Below, one piece after another: positions 14,558 to 28,139 of a stretch of 64,000 bases of DNA (position 1 is the stretch's first letter; the number at the start of each line of letters is the position of its first letter). This stretch comes from Adineta vaga. Taxonomy: Eukaryota; Animalia; Rotifera. The notes under the pieces were generated by a model. The model was given only the letters and a program-made list of their open reading frames with translations, did not search any database and was not told the DNA's origin. Location of the stretch: contig CP075492.1 in the NCBI GenBank assembly GCA_021613535.1, positions 11,222,001 through 11,286,000 on the forward strand, given 5' to 3'. The position numbers were made by a program, and so were the translations under genes.

Positions 14558-16870
14558 ATGGATAATCGTTCATCATTATCAACACCAACAAATTTTCTTT
14601 TTGAAAATACTAATGGATCAATTTATCCGAATGATTTAGTATTAAGTATTATAGAAGATGTTTCAACATCTCCACCAAATACCAATGGTAATTTATCACC
14701 ATCCTCACCATGCAATCCATCCTTTGACATATCAACATCTCAAATATCATTTCCTTGCTGTATATTTCGTTGTAAACCAAATTCTCATCCGTTCCAAGAA
14801 CGATGCATTCCATTGAATGATCAAGTGAAAGTTGGACGTGCAGTTGCTCGATTAAAAGCTCTTCCGAATAATGCCATTTTTGATTGTAAAGTATTATCAC
14901 GACAACATGCCAAACTTTGGTATGAAAATGGCAAAGTATGTTGCTTTTTTTTCATGCTAAAGAAAAAAATGGATCAAATCTTCGTGTTAAATTTTAGTTT
15001 TTATTACAAGATACAAAAAGTTCAAACGGTACATTTGTGAATAATGAACGATTAGGAAAATGTAATGAAGAAAGTGCACCATGTGAGATCTTTTCGGATG
15101 ATATCGTTCAATTTGGTGTTGATGTAACGGAAAATAATCGAAAAAGTAAGGCACGATCCAATTGTATATAGTTTTTATTTCAATACAAATTTCGTTTTTT
15201 AGCGACTCATAATTGTATCATTATGGAAGTGAAACTTTTTCATACCGATGGTAGTGAAGTCTTACCTCGAAGGTAATACATATAAAATAAAAAAGTCATC
15301 TCAGCTATAAAAAGAAAATCTTCTGTTTAGTGCTAATGGTCAATCATTAGCTCAAATCAAAGAATTGGATATCAATACTCAAACTCTATATCAATTAGCT
15401 CAATATATTCAAGTAAATAGATGATTTAAAAAGTCATTCTTGAATTAAAATGAATCTCTTATTAATATATTTCAGGAAGCTATGCATCGTGAACAAATGC
15501 TCGAACAAAAACTAGAATATCTTCAAGGTGTTTTGCGTAATGCTCAACAAACTTCTAATGACAGTTGGCAAGCAATCATCAATGAAGATCGACTCCTTGC
15601 ACGAATCAATTCACTTGAAGATCAAATTCGTATTTATCGTACTAAGGTATGAACAAACGATACTATTGATACATAAACATTATTCTCAATGTTTTTAAGC
15701 ATCCAAATGATGAATCAATAAAACAAGAATTAATTCGATTAACTGAATCCCATATAAAATTTGAAGACGAATCAAAAGTAAGACAAACTTGATTACATAA
15801 ATATCATTTGTTGTTTTTTTTTGTCGTATAGATTAAATTAGAAAAAGCATTACTTGAATGTGCTGATAGTAATAGTCGAAGTAAAGCATTTGAATGTTCT
15901 TTACATATAGCTCAAGATGAATTAAAACGTTTTGAACAACAAAATCAACAACATAAACAAGATATTCAACAACTTGTTCAATCTATTGATGAACAACGAT
16001 CATTAATTTCAGACTTAGAAACTAGATTACGAGTAGATTATTCGATTCTTTTATTTTCTATCAAAACGAAATTTCTTTTCTTCTGATTATAAAGGATTCT
16101 CAAACTCGATGTACAGAAATCGAAAGTGAAAAGCAACGAATTCAAACTGACTTTGATGAATATTATCAACGAACACAACATTTAGAAGAATTACAACAGA
16201 AAGCTGTTGAAAATGAAACAAATCAGAATCGAATTGAATTACAGTCTTCCTCAATCGGTATGAGAATAACAATGAAAATAAATCTTTTTCAATGATAAAC
16301 TTTCACTTGTAGAACCAATGATGGAAAAGAAAGATCCTATTGAAATACCAATAATAAAGGAAAATGGTGAACATGAAATGCATCGTCCAACGATCATTCC
16401 ATCCAATCAAAATGATTCAATTGTAAATCATAATCATCAAGATGAGCAAACTAATGATGAATTAATTGAAGCACAGAAACAAATTCTTCAACTTCGTGAA
16501 CAATTAAATGAAACTAATGGTAATTCATGAAATAATTTACTATAGACTGTCATTTATTGTTGAATCTTTTTTTTTAGAACGTCTTGTTTCGACAGAAGAT
16601 ACCTATCGAAATGAACAAGAACGTCATCTGACATTAATAAGTGAACATGATAAAATCCGCGATGAATTAGTTGATTTAAAACGTCGTTTAACTAAAGAAA
16701 TGAATGATAATTCTGAATTAGTCCAAGCTCAACAAACTCAACTTGATCATTTATCAAAATCAATTTTATCAAAACAAACTGAACATGAGCAATTACTTCG
16801 TGTTTATCTATGTTTTTTTCTTTTCTATTATTTGTTCATATTTTGTCTCTTCTTTTTTCTTCTATCATAA
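14558..16870 (+). CDS. SLMAP: Sarcolemmal membrane-associated protein (FHA + coiled coil + hydrophobic tail)
   Basis: FHA domain SHPFQERC...VKVGRAVAR...[15 protein letters not shown]...[17 protein letters not shown], then [22 protein letters not shown] and [14 protein letters not shown], coiled coil and a hydrophobic C-terminus. The 3' end is less certain. Confidence 0.9.
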
Positions 16871-17157
16871 TGACATGATTTTCTCTATTTTCTTTTTCAA
16901 AACTCTATCTTCTTTTTCTGTGCTGAACGAAATAGAGAAAATATAATCGTATTGCATAAATCATATTTACAAAACGAAAAAAACTAAATTAACAATCTAA
17001 ACTTACGTGAGATATTCTCTTTGATTGATTCATTTTTACAGACGTTAATAATATAAGACTAAAAATATACTAATCATCCATCAAAAGAACATAAATATTT
17101 GATTTTCTTTTCTTCAATTATCTAACATATTTATTTTATTCTCATATTCATCTTTTT

Positions 17158-18451
17158 TTATAAAGGATTTACTTTATACAATTCCCAAAGATCATTCATT
17201 AGATCATTCATAGTTACAAGATCAATATTCATATCAAATAATCGCATAATAACAATACCATCACAACGTAAATATCGTTGACTAAAATTTTTTGTTATGG
17301 GTTGATAATCAATTCGATGTACAAGTTCATTTTCTTGAAAAATATCATCGCAATAATGTTTGGATGATATATGACGTAAACGTCGACCACGTGTATCACG
17401 AACACGTCGATGAAATAAAATGAAAATGATCCATTGAAATAAAAGATTATAAATTGCACATATAAATAAGAAAATTAACCATAAATATGCAAAGAGAAAG
17501 ATTTTTTCATTGAAAACATTAATTGGAAGAACACATTGAACTGTATGACGATGTTTATTTTTGCCAAGAAAACGTACAATAAAATCACATAAAACATTCG
17601 TTGGAAATTGTAATGATGTATGACGTATCGTTGTACTATAAATAATTAAACGTTGAAATAAGGAATCAAATGTAAAATCGAAATTCATTAAATAATGTAA
17701 ACATGTTAATTGGATGAGAATATTGACAATAAAAAAGATTTTGATTAATAAATAGAGAAAAGTTAATTTTGGTATTGATGATCGACGACGCATACGAAAA
17801 TATTGATCAAGACGTAGGGCAACATTTCGTATTAATTGTCGACGATATATAGGAGGTTCAGTTAGTGAACGTCGACTCATATCTAATTGATCTATATGTT
17901 TTTGTAAACAAATTCCAAGTCGAAATGAACCACTACGCCAGAGAAATCCCGGAAGAAAAAAGCCAAATGCTTGTAATAATAATATAAATGGAACGTATTG
18001 ATAGAAACGAATTGCATTGGTACCTTGTCGTGCTTCGAGATCTTCAGGATCGGGAATTTCGGCATCGATTGAGAGATAATACGTATCCGATATCCAACAG
18101 ATAAAATCGGCATATGTTATATGAGCATCAGTGAATGATGCTGGAGTAAAACATGATATAGGTTTACCAACGAATTGAACAGAAGAAACAATTACAACAA
18201 AAACAGAAAAAATCAGAACGGAATAATAACGTGATAAACGATCGACGAAATCATCATCATTTCGAGAAAAACCACAGTAATGTCGAAGAGTTGCATACAC
18301 ATCAAACCTAGACGAACGAAAGAAAAAGCAAACATTTTCTTACACAATCGAATGGAAATATAAATTTCCGATAATCGAAACAGTTAATAACAACATACCT
18401 ATTAAAACTACAAAGATTTCGTTTATTTGCGAATAATTTTCTTCTCATCAT
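17158..18451 (-). CDS. Innexin (gap junction protein)
   Basis: Main exon 18307-17158: DDDFVDRLSRYYS, QFVGKPISCFTP, CWI, FYQYVPFILLLQA, FPTNVLCDF, HTVQCVLPINVFNEKIFLF. Candidate first exon 18451-18399 (MMRRKLF...FNR) joins in frame. Confidence 0.95.
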
Positions 18452-20205
18452 TACGATCTTAATCACTCTCGAAAAATCCAACTCAATCTTTCTCTCATTT
18501 TATTAAGAAAATCTCTTCTATCAACTTACCGTTAATATAACCTTTTTCTTTTCTTTATTTTTATTCACTGTTCTTCCATATCTTATTTCTTTTCTCACAT
18601 TAGAAATGTCTCTGTTAACTTAGCTTTAAACGATCGTACACATACAATTTTCACAGCATTCATGCGTTGTCAGCTTGGAAGCGTTGTTTTCTTTCTTATT
18701 TTCATACTTTCAAATTTACCTGAGATGTGAACGTTTGAGATATCGAGTCATCGTTTGTTTTTTTTTCTGTCAGAGAATAAGATTGATAGACATGTATAAT
18801 ACTTGTCTTTCCCCTTTTCGACACACTCAATTATTCTAGTTACATTCTTCGTCTTCTTTTTTCATCTATTTTGAAAGTACTCTAGAGAGTTTACTAATGT
18901 CTAGTTACTTTCTCTCATTAGCTTTTCCTCTTCTTGTTGTATCGAATTATCGAAAATTTTCGACATCTATTCAACATAAAAGACAATTAAATAAACTCGT
19001 TCGTCTCTTTCATTGTAAAAAGAAAAGAAAAAAGTTCCTCTTGTCATCTGATTATCTTTTCGGACATATAAATCGATTTATTTTATTGACAGACTGATGA
19101 CATTTCATTCGATCATAATATATTTTACCAAAAAAAAGACGTCTTTTTTTTAAATTTTAAATCTATCTATATTTTCGTAAGTAACTAAGGAAGAAAAACT
19201 TTGATGTTCGAGAGAAATATCATATTTTCTTACTTACATGTTTCAACTTGATAGAATGTATTTGTATCATTGATAATCCAAACCAATTGTATATGTCATA
19301 CTAAACAAAATGTAATTTTTTTCTGATCTATTATGGATAATAGATGATCATTATAACTGAAGGGTTTAATCAAAATGAAACGTTTTTATTATATATTGAG
19401 AGAGATAGTCTACACCCTCAAGAGAATGAATTGATCCGATCTACATATATATTTTCTTTTTTCCATTCCCTCTTTCTTTCTCTTTCTCGACAAACTATCA
19501 ATATAATTGTCATATATACAAAAAAAAACGAGATGACAAAAGACAATTCAATCGAAATTAACTGATATGACACCTACTTAGATTAGGAATATTGTCACAT
19601 AGTTTTATTCTTCGAACTCATCAGTATGCTGAATAAGTTTCAATGTAAAAAAAAGTATCGCTTTGTTTTAGATTAATTATTGTGTCATTACTGAACAAGT
19701 TAATCGATTTAGTATCGTAATCAATAGCTCATCGAATAGAAGGAAAAAAAGGATTATATAAGATCAAATTTATGTTTCATTCTATAAAGAATAACTATGA
19801 ATGTCAAAATAACTAATAACGTGTACAGATTATCTCATAGTTGATTGATCATGTAAAAATCTCATGCATCTTTTCAATATTATCAAGACGAGATAACTAT
19901 GAAATCTATTAATGAACGTGATATTAATAGATTCTTTAGAGGATATTTATCAGATAGTTAAATAGCAAAGATTACTGATTCATTTCTTCGACATATTAAC
20001 TATATTCCGATAATGATCATTAGTCATATATTGACGTGTAAGTTTCACAAAACGAAGGCTATAAAAATCTAATAAATCATCTTTAATTTCATTTCGATAT
20101 ACAATTTTCATAAATGATTAAATGAGAATAACACAGAGAAAAAATGTATATATAACTTGAGCTTTTCTTTTATTATTCATCTCCTAGTAAAAATCATTTA
20201 TCTAT

Positions 20206-22816
20206 TCATTGTCCATGATCTATACCATTATTTTCTTTCTTAACTAACATTTCTTTCGCGTCAATATCAGGTTCTTCATTGGTTGTTGTTATTCTTCGAT
20301 GATTATTTTCATTTGTATTCGGGTAAAGATCAACTGTATGTGGATTATGTAATAATGATGTTTCCGATGTTTTCTTTTCATAACATCCGGGATCATATAT
20401 TGGTTCATCGGGTGTTGTTAGGGGATAGGTAGAATTTTTCCATCCACTTAAACGTCGTGCATTAAATTCCATATGAAATAAATTCGATATAGATTCTGTT
20501 GGAATTGACAGAATTGAACCATTCTTTTTTGCACGATCAATTGCTTCTTTACGTTTCAAAGCCTTTTCACGACGTAATTGTTCTTTATAATATTCTGCGA
20601 AATTATTGACAATAATTGGGATTGGTAGAGCAATGACAAGTACTCCACAAACACAACATACGGCACCGATTAATTTACCCCACACAGATTTTGGATAAAT
20701 ATCACCATAACCAACCGTAGTCATTGTCTAAGAAAATAATAAGATAAATGAAATAACAAAAAATATTATTGACTTACAATACTCGCCCACCAGAATGCAT
20801 GTGGAATAGAACGAAATTGTATTGCATTATGTTCTCGTTCAGCAAAATAAGCTAAACTTGAAAATAATAAAATAAATATTGCCAAAAACATTAATAACAT
20901 TGATAATTCTTTATAACTTCGTTTTAATGTATAACCTAATGATTGTAGACCAGTTGAATGACGAGCTAATTTTAATATACGCATAATACGTAAAACACGA
21001 AAGATTTGTACAGCTTTCCGAACTGATTTGATATTTTTGAAATGTCCCGTATCTAGAGTTTCAAGTGCAACTGATACATAAAATGGGACGATAGCAATTA
21101 AATCGATTGTATTCAAAACACCTTTAAAAAATTTACATCTATCTGGTGTCGTAAATACTCGAATAACATATTCAATAGTAAACCAAGTAATACAAACGGT
21201 TTCTATAATAAATAAAGATAATGGTTCACGACATTCACTAGTACTATCATGATGTTCATTATGTAAATCCCGTGCTGTTGCTTGTGCAGCAATATGTACA
21301 GCATCGGCATCAGCTGATGTTGGAGCAATAGGATTTGTTTCAGTATCAGATATATTCGGAGCACAACCAATACCTGTATGTTTAGTACAGAATGAAAAGT
21401 AGAATAAAAATTGTTTTTCTTTACCTTCCATTGTACTCAATGTTAATGTAAAAGAAGAGAGAAGAATAAATGAAATACTAACAAATGCAATAACCTAAAT
21501 TCAATGATCAAACAATATTCCATAGAATAATGATAAGAGAGAAGAAAATTACTCGAGCTGCTTTGGATGTATGTGGATGTTCAACAAGATCCCAAATTTT
21601 TCTTCGAGTATGTTCACACCATCGATCACCGGTTGCTTTGTCTTCTTTTTCAACTTTTAATAAATCTGCTTCTTTTTTCATTTCTTCTAAAACATGATCT
21701 TTTTTCTGATGATATCGATTTTGACAGCATAATTCTAAATAATATTCATCAATACCCCAATAGTTCAATTCATCATGAAACGATATCACACATATATCAT
21801 CAACTAAATGTAATTTGCCTGTTCGATAAAAATTAATCACCGATGAGAATGAACGTGGATGACGATCGAAAAAATATTCACCAGTTGCTGAATCATAATG
21901 TCGCATAAACGCATGATTTCATCATGAGGCATTGAACGTGTTGAATGTAATGATATTTTACGTAATTTTGCTAAACGACCTAGACGTGTATTTGGAAGAC
22001 GAGAAAGTGTACGCCATAGGACTAGAAAGATAATCAATTTGAATATAGAAAGAGGAGAAAAAAAGTAATCCTACTTTCATGTCGAACACCACCCACATTT
22101 AATATAACTTTACGACTAGTATTTAAAGTCGATAGATATAGATTGGTCGAACAATCAGTAGGAGATCGATGTGTACGTTCACTTGCTTTTGGTGTACCTA
22201 ACGGAGATGACCTTGATGATTTCATTTGTCGCTCATCATATATTGCCATTTCATTGTCTTGTACAAGGGCAGCAGCAGCCGTTGGATTAGCAATTGGTAA
22301 AATGGTATTATTTGACCAAAGATTTGCTTTTGATAAATGAGATATATCTTCAGAATGATGTGATGTTGAATTTATTGTTGACATTGAAGTGATTAATACA
22401 TCAGAAATCAATGATGTGATATTTTTCGGCAAATGAAAAGAAGTTTTTAATTTCTCGTGAACAGATGGATGAGAAGGAAAATTATAATGAAGATCAGTTA
22501 TTCTTTTGATTGGTGTTAATCGAATAGAAGGCAGTGAAGATGATGAACTTGAGAAAGGAGAATAGAATTTTTCTTGATCGGATACTTGGGAACAATGAGA
22601 TTCACTAGTTGATAATAATGAATTATTTGATAGATCATTGATGAGAAGCACTGGATTCTTAATGGAAGAAGGAGAAGAAGAAGAAATTAGATCGCAACGT
22701 TGATTTTCAATATCTCGAGTGTTGGAACGCGAAGTATTATGTGTTGGTAACGATTCGCTTTCCACTGAAGATGATACCGATTGCGAAGGAAGAGACAACG
22801 AAGGGGTAAACAACAT
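20206..22816 (-). CDS. Shab: Voltage-gated K+ channel, Kv2/Shab family
   Basis: T1 domain [28 protein letters not shown]...[11 protein letters not shown]; S4 [26 protein letters not shown]; pore TMTTVGYGD; [15 protein letters not shown]. Four coding exons with a long Ser-rich N-terminus. Confidence 0.95.
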
Positions 22817-23431
22817 TATCCAACCGAAAGCGACTTACGCGACAAAGAAACGACAAAAGTGGGTTGTTATTTGCCACTAGCAATGTTGCTATTTCATAGT
22901 AATGCATCCATATACAAAAGAAATACGTGTGTAAATCAAGAGGATATCATCAGAAAATTGGCGAACGAACCGATAAAGAATGATTTGCTCTATTATTGAT
23001 GATCTTGTCAAGAAAATCATCATCGTTATCCTTTAGAAAAATCGTATATATATATATATGCTTCTGGTTACGTGTTCGATTGCTTTGATTAGACCGAAGG
23101 CAACTAAGCAGGCGACGGTGCATGTCAGCAACACTAAATAAAGTACATAGAGTTATGATGATTCTTCGTTAATGTGCATGTCTCTTTCTTCCTTTTTTTC
23201 TCAAGAGAATACTTTTACTATTGTAGAAGTATCTCGTGTAAGTGAAATATCGTATTATCACATTTGTTCGTCCAAAAATAATAAAAGAAAAAGTCAATTC
23301 AATTCTTTTTATTATATTTCTTATTCTCTTTTCATTCACCTGTCTATCTCAAATGAAAAACTAATAGATAATTTCAAACATATGTAGCCATGTTTGTCTT
23401 TTCCTTTCGTTCTCAATCGATATTTATATAA

Positions 23432-23458
23432 TCTTCTTCTTCTTCTTCTTCTTCTTCT
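23432..23458. repeat. (TTC)n microsatellite
   Basis: About 9 TCT/CTT units read directly. Confidence 0.85.
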
Positions 23459-25094
23459 ATCTCCTTTTTCTTATGTGTTCTTTATCATTTGTCTATTCTT
23501 TGATTCGACAGTTGAATGACACGGTTACTTTTGTTGACTATCAGACAATTGTTTCCTCCACATTTATGATTAATTAATGCAGCTAATGGAAACATGTCCT
23601 TAAAACAACTTACCCCGTTAGAATAATAATAGCTCGATTATCTTTCGTCCTTTCTCGATTGTTTATTTATTGGTTTTTTTCGCCTATTCGTATAATTACG
23701 TTGAATCAAAATGCAAGATCTTGTAAAAGAGACATGCGACTATTTTTTTATGTAGATTATCAAAAGCTTAACAATATCAAGATGATATTTCTTTCCTTGG
23801 TTTGTTATCGGATAAAAACGAACGAATACACGAAATCTGGTCAAATAGATGGAAGACATGATTATTCTTCTCATTAGTATAATCTACAGATATAAAAGAC
23901 ATTTAATCGTCCATGATGTTAATCATATAATAGAGAAAAAATTGATTGACATGCAATGGAAGATATCGAAAGAAAGCAAGAAGTTTTTGTCAGGATTTTC
24001 CAAAATACTCCTGTTTTCACATCAATGGATAGAAAAACTATAACGAACATATCTAGATATAATATCGCTATTGGATATAAAAATTTATTCATTTCAAGTA
24101 TTATCAATGGCGGTTCTTTGTAATTACCACTCAATAAGACGTAAATGTATACATTACATATATTTACTGTGATGTATTCTCTCAGAAAAACAATTTATTG
24201 AAAAATAGCTAATATCTTGCAGAAAAGTATGCAATAACCTTCAGAAAAACAGAACTCATAGCTGAAAATGTCAATATTGCACGTCGATATACTTCAAAGC
24301 TTGATAGCATAAAAACAAAGTAATATACTCGCATAACAAACTCGTTGATAGAGATCTAGAATTATTAGAATTCTAAATTAAATGTCAATCAGTTAAATTC
24401 TTGTCAGAAACATACTTTCATATTCTACATTGTTGTCTGATTGAATAATAAACATTTTCTTAAATAAAATAACATCTCAAGTTGTTTATTTTTGTATTTG
24501 TCATATCGGATTTCTTCTTAATGTAAACTAAACTAATGCATCAATAAATATCATGAAAGATAATCCAATCTATAATAAAACTTGAACCATGTTCATCTAT
24601 CGATTTCCAAACTAGAATATTTTGATTGTTATTTCTAGAAATTGAAGTGCATAGAAATATACTAATACACTACAAATGAATAACGATGAAATCAATCATT
24701 TAAGGTTTTAATCATATCAAATATCCTTGTTTATTAATAATTCTTCAACAGAAAGAAATTTGCGAGAAAAGAATATGGAAAGGTCAATCTCCTACATGAA
24801 TCATCACTGATGAAAATCAGTTCTAAAGAATAATCGACATCATTTTCAGCTTTATACTTCTATACACATCCTTTACGTGATTATCTCAATCATTTCTTTT
24901 ATGTATGTACATTTGAATTCACCTAATGAACATCTATCGATCAAACTATCTATCCGTACGATTTCTTACGACAACTAGCGAAATTCGATTATGTTGGATA
25001 CTCTTTTTCTCCTTCTATCGATCGATCGATCGATCGTTCGTTCGTTCACTGTACTGTACATATATCTTTACGAAAAGAACGCTTAGCACAAACA

Positions 25095-25681
25095 ATGGAT
25101 ATCGATGAAGTACAATATTTATCTGAAAATGAACTTATTTCAGTAGTACCTAATTTTAAACATCCTGAAATCCATCTAATTCGTGGTTCTGTTGGTCCAT
25201 TTCTGCCTTTGGTTCCATTACAAGTTCCTGTATGGATGGTATGTTCATAAAACACTAAACATTTCATTTTTTTCCTCTTCTTTCTCGAAAGGCTATTCAT
25301 TTAAAAGAAAGTCATCGTTGTCGATTTGTTTGTCCTGAATGGTTAACACTTGATTCAGTACAAGAATTACTTAAACAAGAACAACAACAAGAAACATTTA
25401 CATCGATGCCTAATCCATATGTATTTATATTATCTCAAACAATAATGAATGTTGCTCTAGAAGATATTCCAAACGGTGATCAAATTCGTTTATTAATGAA
25501 AGATTTATGGGATCTACGTTTAGCTAAATTACGTTCATCTATTGGTAATTTAGCACGTAGTGGTGCTTTATATGCTAAAGTAACACATTTAACACAAGTG
25601 GAAATATGTTTAATTAGACATTTTCTTAAAACTTCATTGAAACATATTGCTCAATTACAAGATGCTATACCAGAAGAATAA
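25095..25681 (+). CDS. GINS2: DNA replication complex GINS subunit PSF2
   Basis: Exons 25095-25238 and 25292-25681: MDIDEVQYLSENELISVVPNF...GSVGPFLP...VPVWMAIHLK...CPEWL...IRLLMKDLWDLRLAKLRSS. Confidence 0.93.
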
Positions 25682-26002
25682 ATATCAGAGAATTAACTTG
25701 AATATAAGATTTTTTTTAGAAGGAAATAAATAATACTGACTATTTCTATAAATCAATATTTCCGATAATTCTTTCATATAAAGTTGATTCTTCAGTTTCA
25801 GAAATTTTCTATTTCAAACCATTTCTTAGGTATGAATACTATTGTTAAATAAATCCATTTTATTTCATAATATTGAGGGAAAAAAAGAGAATTACAGTCA
25901 CTAAGAAAGAATATGTACACAGGTTTTTTTAGAAAAAAATCACTGCGGAAAAAGATGGGAAAGGATCGGATTATAAACATGGAGAAAATTTATCTATGAT
26001 AT

Positions 26003-27015
26003 CTATGATAAACAAGCAAGTGTTTTTGTTAAATTTAATGAATAATCGTTCCATGATTGTAATGGTTCTTCTTTGTAATCTTTTGCGAATGAAAATCGAA
26101 ACATACGAAAAGATTTATTCGATAATGTAGGTTCCGTTATCTCATCTTCACTTTCATTATCATCGATTCGATTGGAAAGTAGTGTCAAATTGAATTGTGC
26201 ATTGATATGACCTAACATAGCTGCTTGACGATAATAATCACAAGCCTAAATAATTCAAAATAAGAGATGATGTTTTTTTTCCTTTTCTAAGATACGATTT
26301 ACTTTAGCACGATTTTCTGCGACGCCGATACCACGTTCATAACAGATACCAAGATTAAATAATGCTGCTGCATTTTTACCACTTTTAGCACTCGCTTGAA
26401 GAGTTTCAATACCTAATTGAACATTTCCGGATTCTAATGCTTGAATTGCCATTTCATTTTCAATATTTCCCATCATTTCTTCATTTAATTCAGAAAGATT
26501 CTTTATTGTATTCATGTATGTTTCGTCTGTTTGCAGTAATGAATCAATAGTTGCTTCTTTAGGTGTAGGTGGTGGAGGTAATGGTTGAGCTTCTGGAACA
26601 TTCTGTTCAATTTTTTGAATTTCAATAGGTTTAATAATATATGGTTTGTATACTAACTAAAAATTTCAAAATCAAACTGTTCGACCTATTTTTGAGTAAT
26701 ATATCAATTTGATACCTTTTGAAGAGAAATTTTGTGTATGTGTTCAAGTACTTTTTCTAAGTTTTGTGATGAAAATTGATTGGTCTTTATAATGTGATCA
26801 AGATCAGGTTTCGCTTCGATTGTTTTCTTCTGTTCTCTAAAACAAAAAATGTTTTTTTTAGATTTTAGTTGATTTTATCGTTCACTATACTCTTCTTTAT
26901 TTGATTCTTCATCTTTATTGCAAATGGTTGTAAAAGGAACAAGAATATCTTGTGGACACCGATGTGTAGTTACATTACGAAAAGCACGATAAATATAATT
27001 TGCAAGACGCCACAT
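26003..27015 (-). CDS. SEL1-repeat protein with a mitochondrial presequence, DELE1-like
   Basis: Four exons. N-terminus MWRLANYIYRAFRNV is Arg-rich and acid-free. SEL1 repeat AALFNLGICYERGIGVAENRAKACDYYRQAAMLGHINAQFNL. The DELE1 assignment rests on recalled similarity. Confidence 0.65.
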
Positions 27016-27332
27016 TATATCAGTATTTCTTTTGAGTTACGAAATAATATTCGTTTCCTTGCAATGGAAAAGCCGTAGAATAGTCAGCGGCTTTTCATTG
27101 TAATAAAGTCCAAAAAATGAAATCTAGAATAGGATTTAAAATAAACAAGCAGGTGACTTTTTTCGAATCTGAAAAAAAAACGTAATGCATAGGCGAGTAT
27201 TTTTTAGCTTATTTCTTTGTATAATGAGCCACACGAGAAATGACGTCATTTTTTTCTATAGATATTTTTTCTTTTCTCTTATCGATAATAAAGAGAAGAA
27301 AAAGACGTCCAACAAGAAGCAAAAAAGAAAAC

Positions 27333-27404
27333 AGGTTCTACCCAGATTTGAACTGGGGTCGCTGGATTCAAAGTCCAAAGTGCTAACCGCTACACCATAG
27401 AACC
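27333..27404 (-). tRNA. tRNA-Gln (TTG)
   Basis: Reverse complement GGTTCTATGGTGTAGCGGTTAGCACTTTGGACTTTGAATCCAGCGACCCCAGTTCAAATCTGGGTAGAACCT forms a complete cloverleaf with anticodon TTG. Confidence 0.96.
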
Positions 27405-28139
27405 ACGGTATACTTTCAGCACGATATGCTATTTATCATATTCAAACAGAAGAAAGGTTTATGCATTGTCAAATAATTGACAGATACGTACCGCGAAAAA
27501 TCAACGTCTATGAATTCGTCTTTCCTTGTTTATTAACTATATAAGAAATATTCTTTTTAGATTATATGTTTCTTCCATAAAACAACAAGAACTTTAAATA
27601 GTATTACTTCATTCCCAATATTCTTCGTAAATCTTTTAAAGCAAGTTCATCAACTACTTTTTATTTTTAGTGAGGATTATATCCTTCTGTTTTTGAAATG
27701 CTTAAACAATGTTGCAATAACTCTTTCTTTCTCAATAGATGTCACTTATAAAAGATTCTATTGAGGAAAAACATTTTCAGAATCTAATTCATCTAAGAAT
27801 GAAAATTAAACTTGAATTGATTGAGAAGAAAAATTAGTTTCTAAGAAAAACTACATTCGGATGAAATTCCATTGGATCTCATGTATTCTTTTCTTCCTCG
27901 ATCAGCTGTTCTTCTCTTTCAGAGTGTTTTTTGTTTGTTGTGGATACATACATGCATAGAATTTTTTTTCTCTCAAATCATTTCAATATTGAAATAAGAA
28001 AGAAAAAGAAAGAGAGAAAAAACGACCTCCTTCCTTTCTATGTTGTCATTCATGTCACATCGCAGTATCTCAAGGATTTCTTAATTTTCAAAAATACAAA
28101 ATATTTTTCTAGATTGATATGTTGATTTCAGATTAAACG

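Noticed and set aside
15147-15155. TAAGGCACG (miR-124 5' end)
   Set aside because: Only 9 nt, overlaps a SLMAP splice donor, and has no hairpin or remaining mature sequence.
23650-24400. Possible decayed transposon or pseudogene upstream of Shab
   Set aside because: Higher complexity than its flanks, but no terminal repeats, target-site duplication or convincing transposase motif.
27185-27400. 71-aa ORF ending VLPRFELGSLDSKSKVLTATP
   Set aside because: Translation of the antisense strand of tRNA-Gln.
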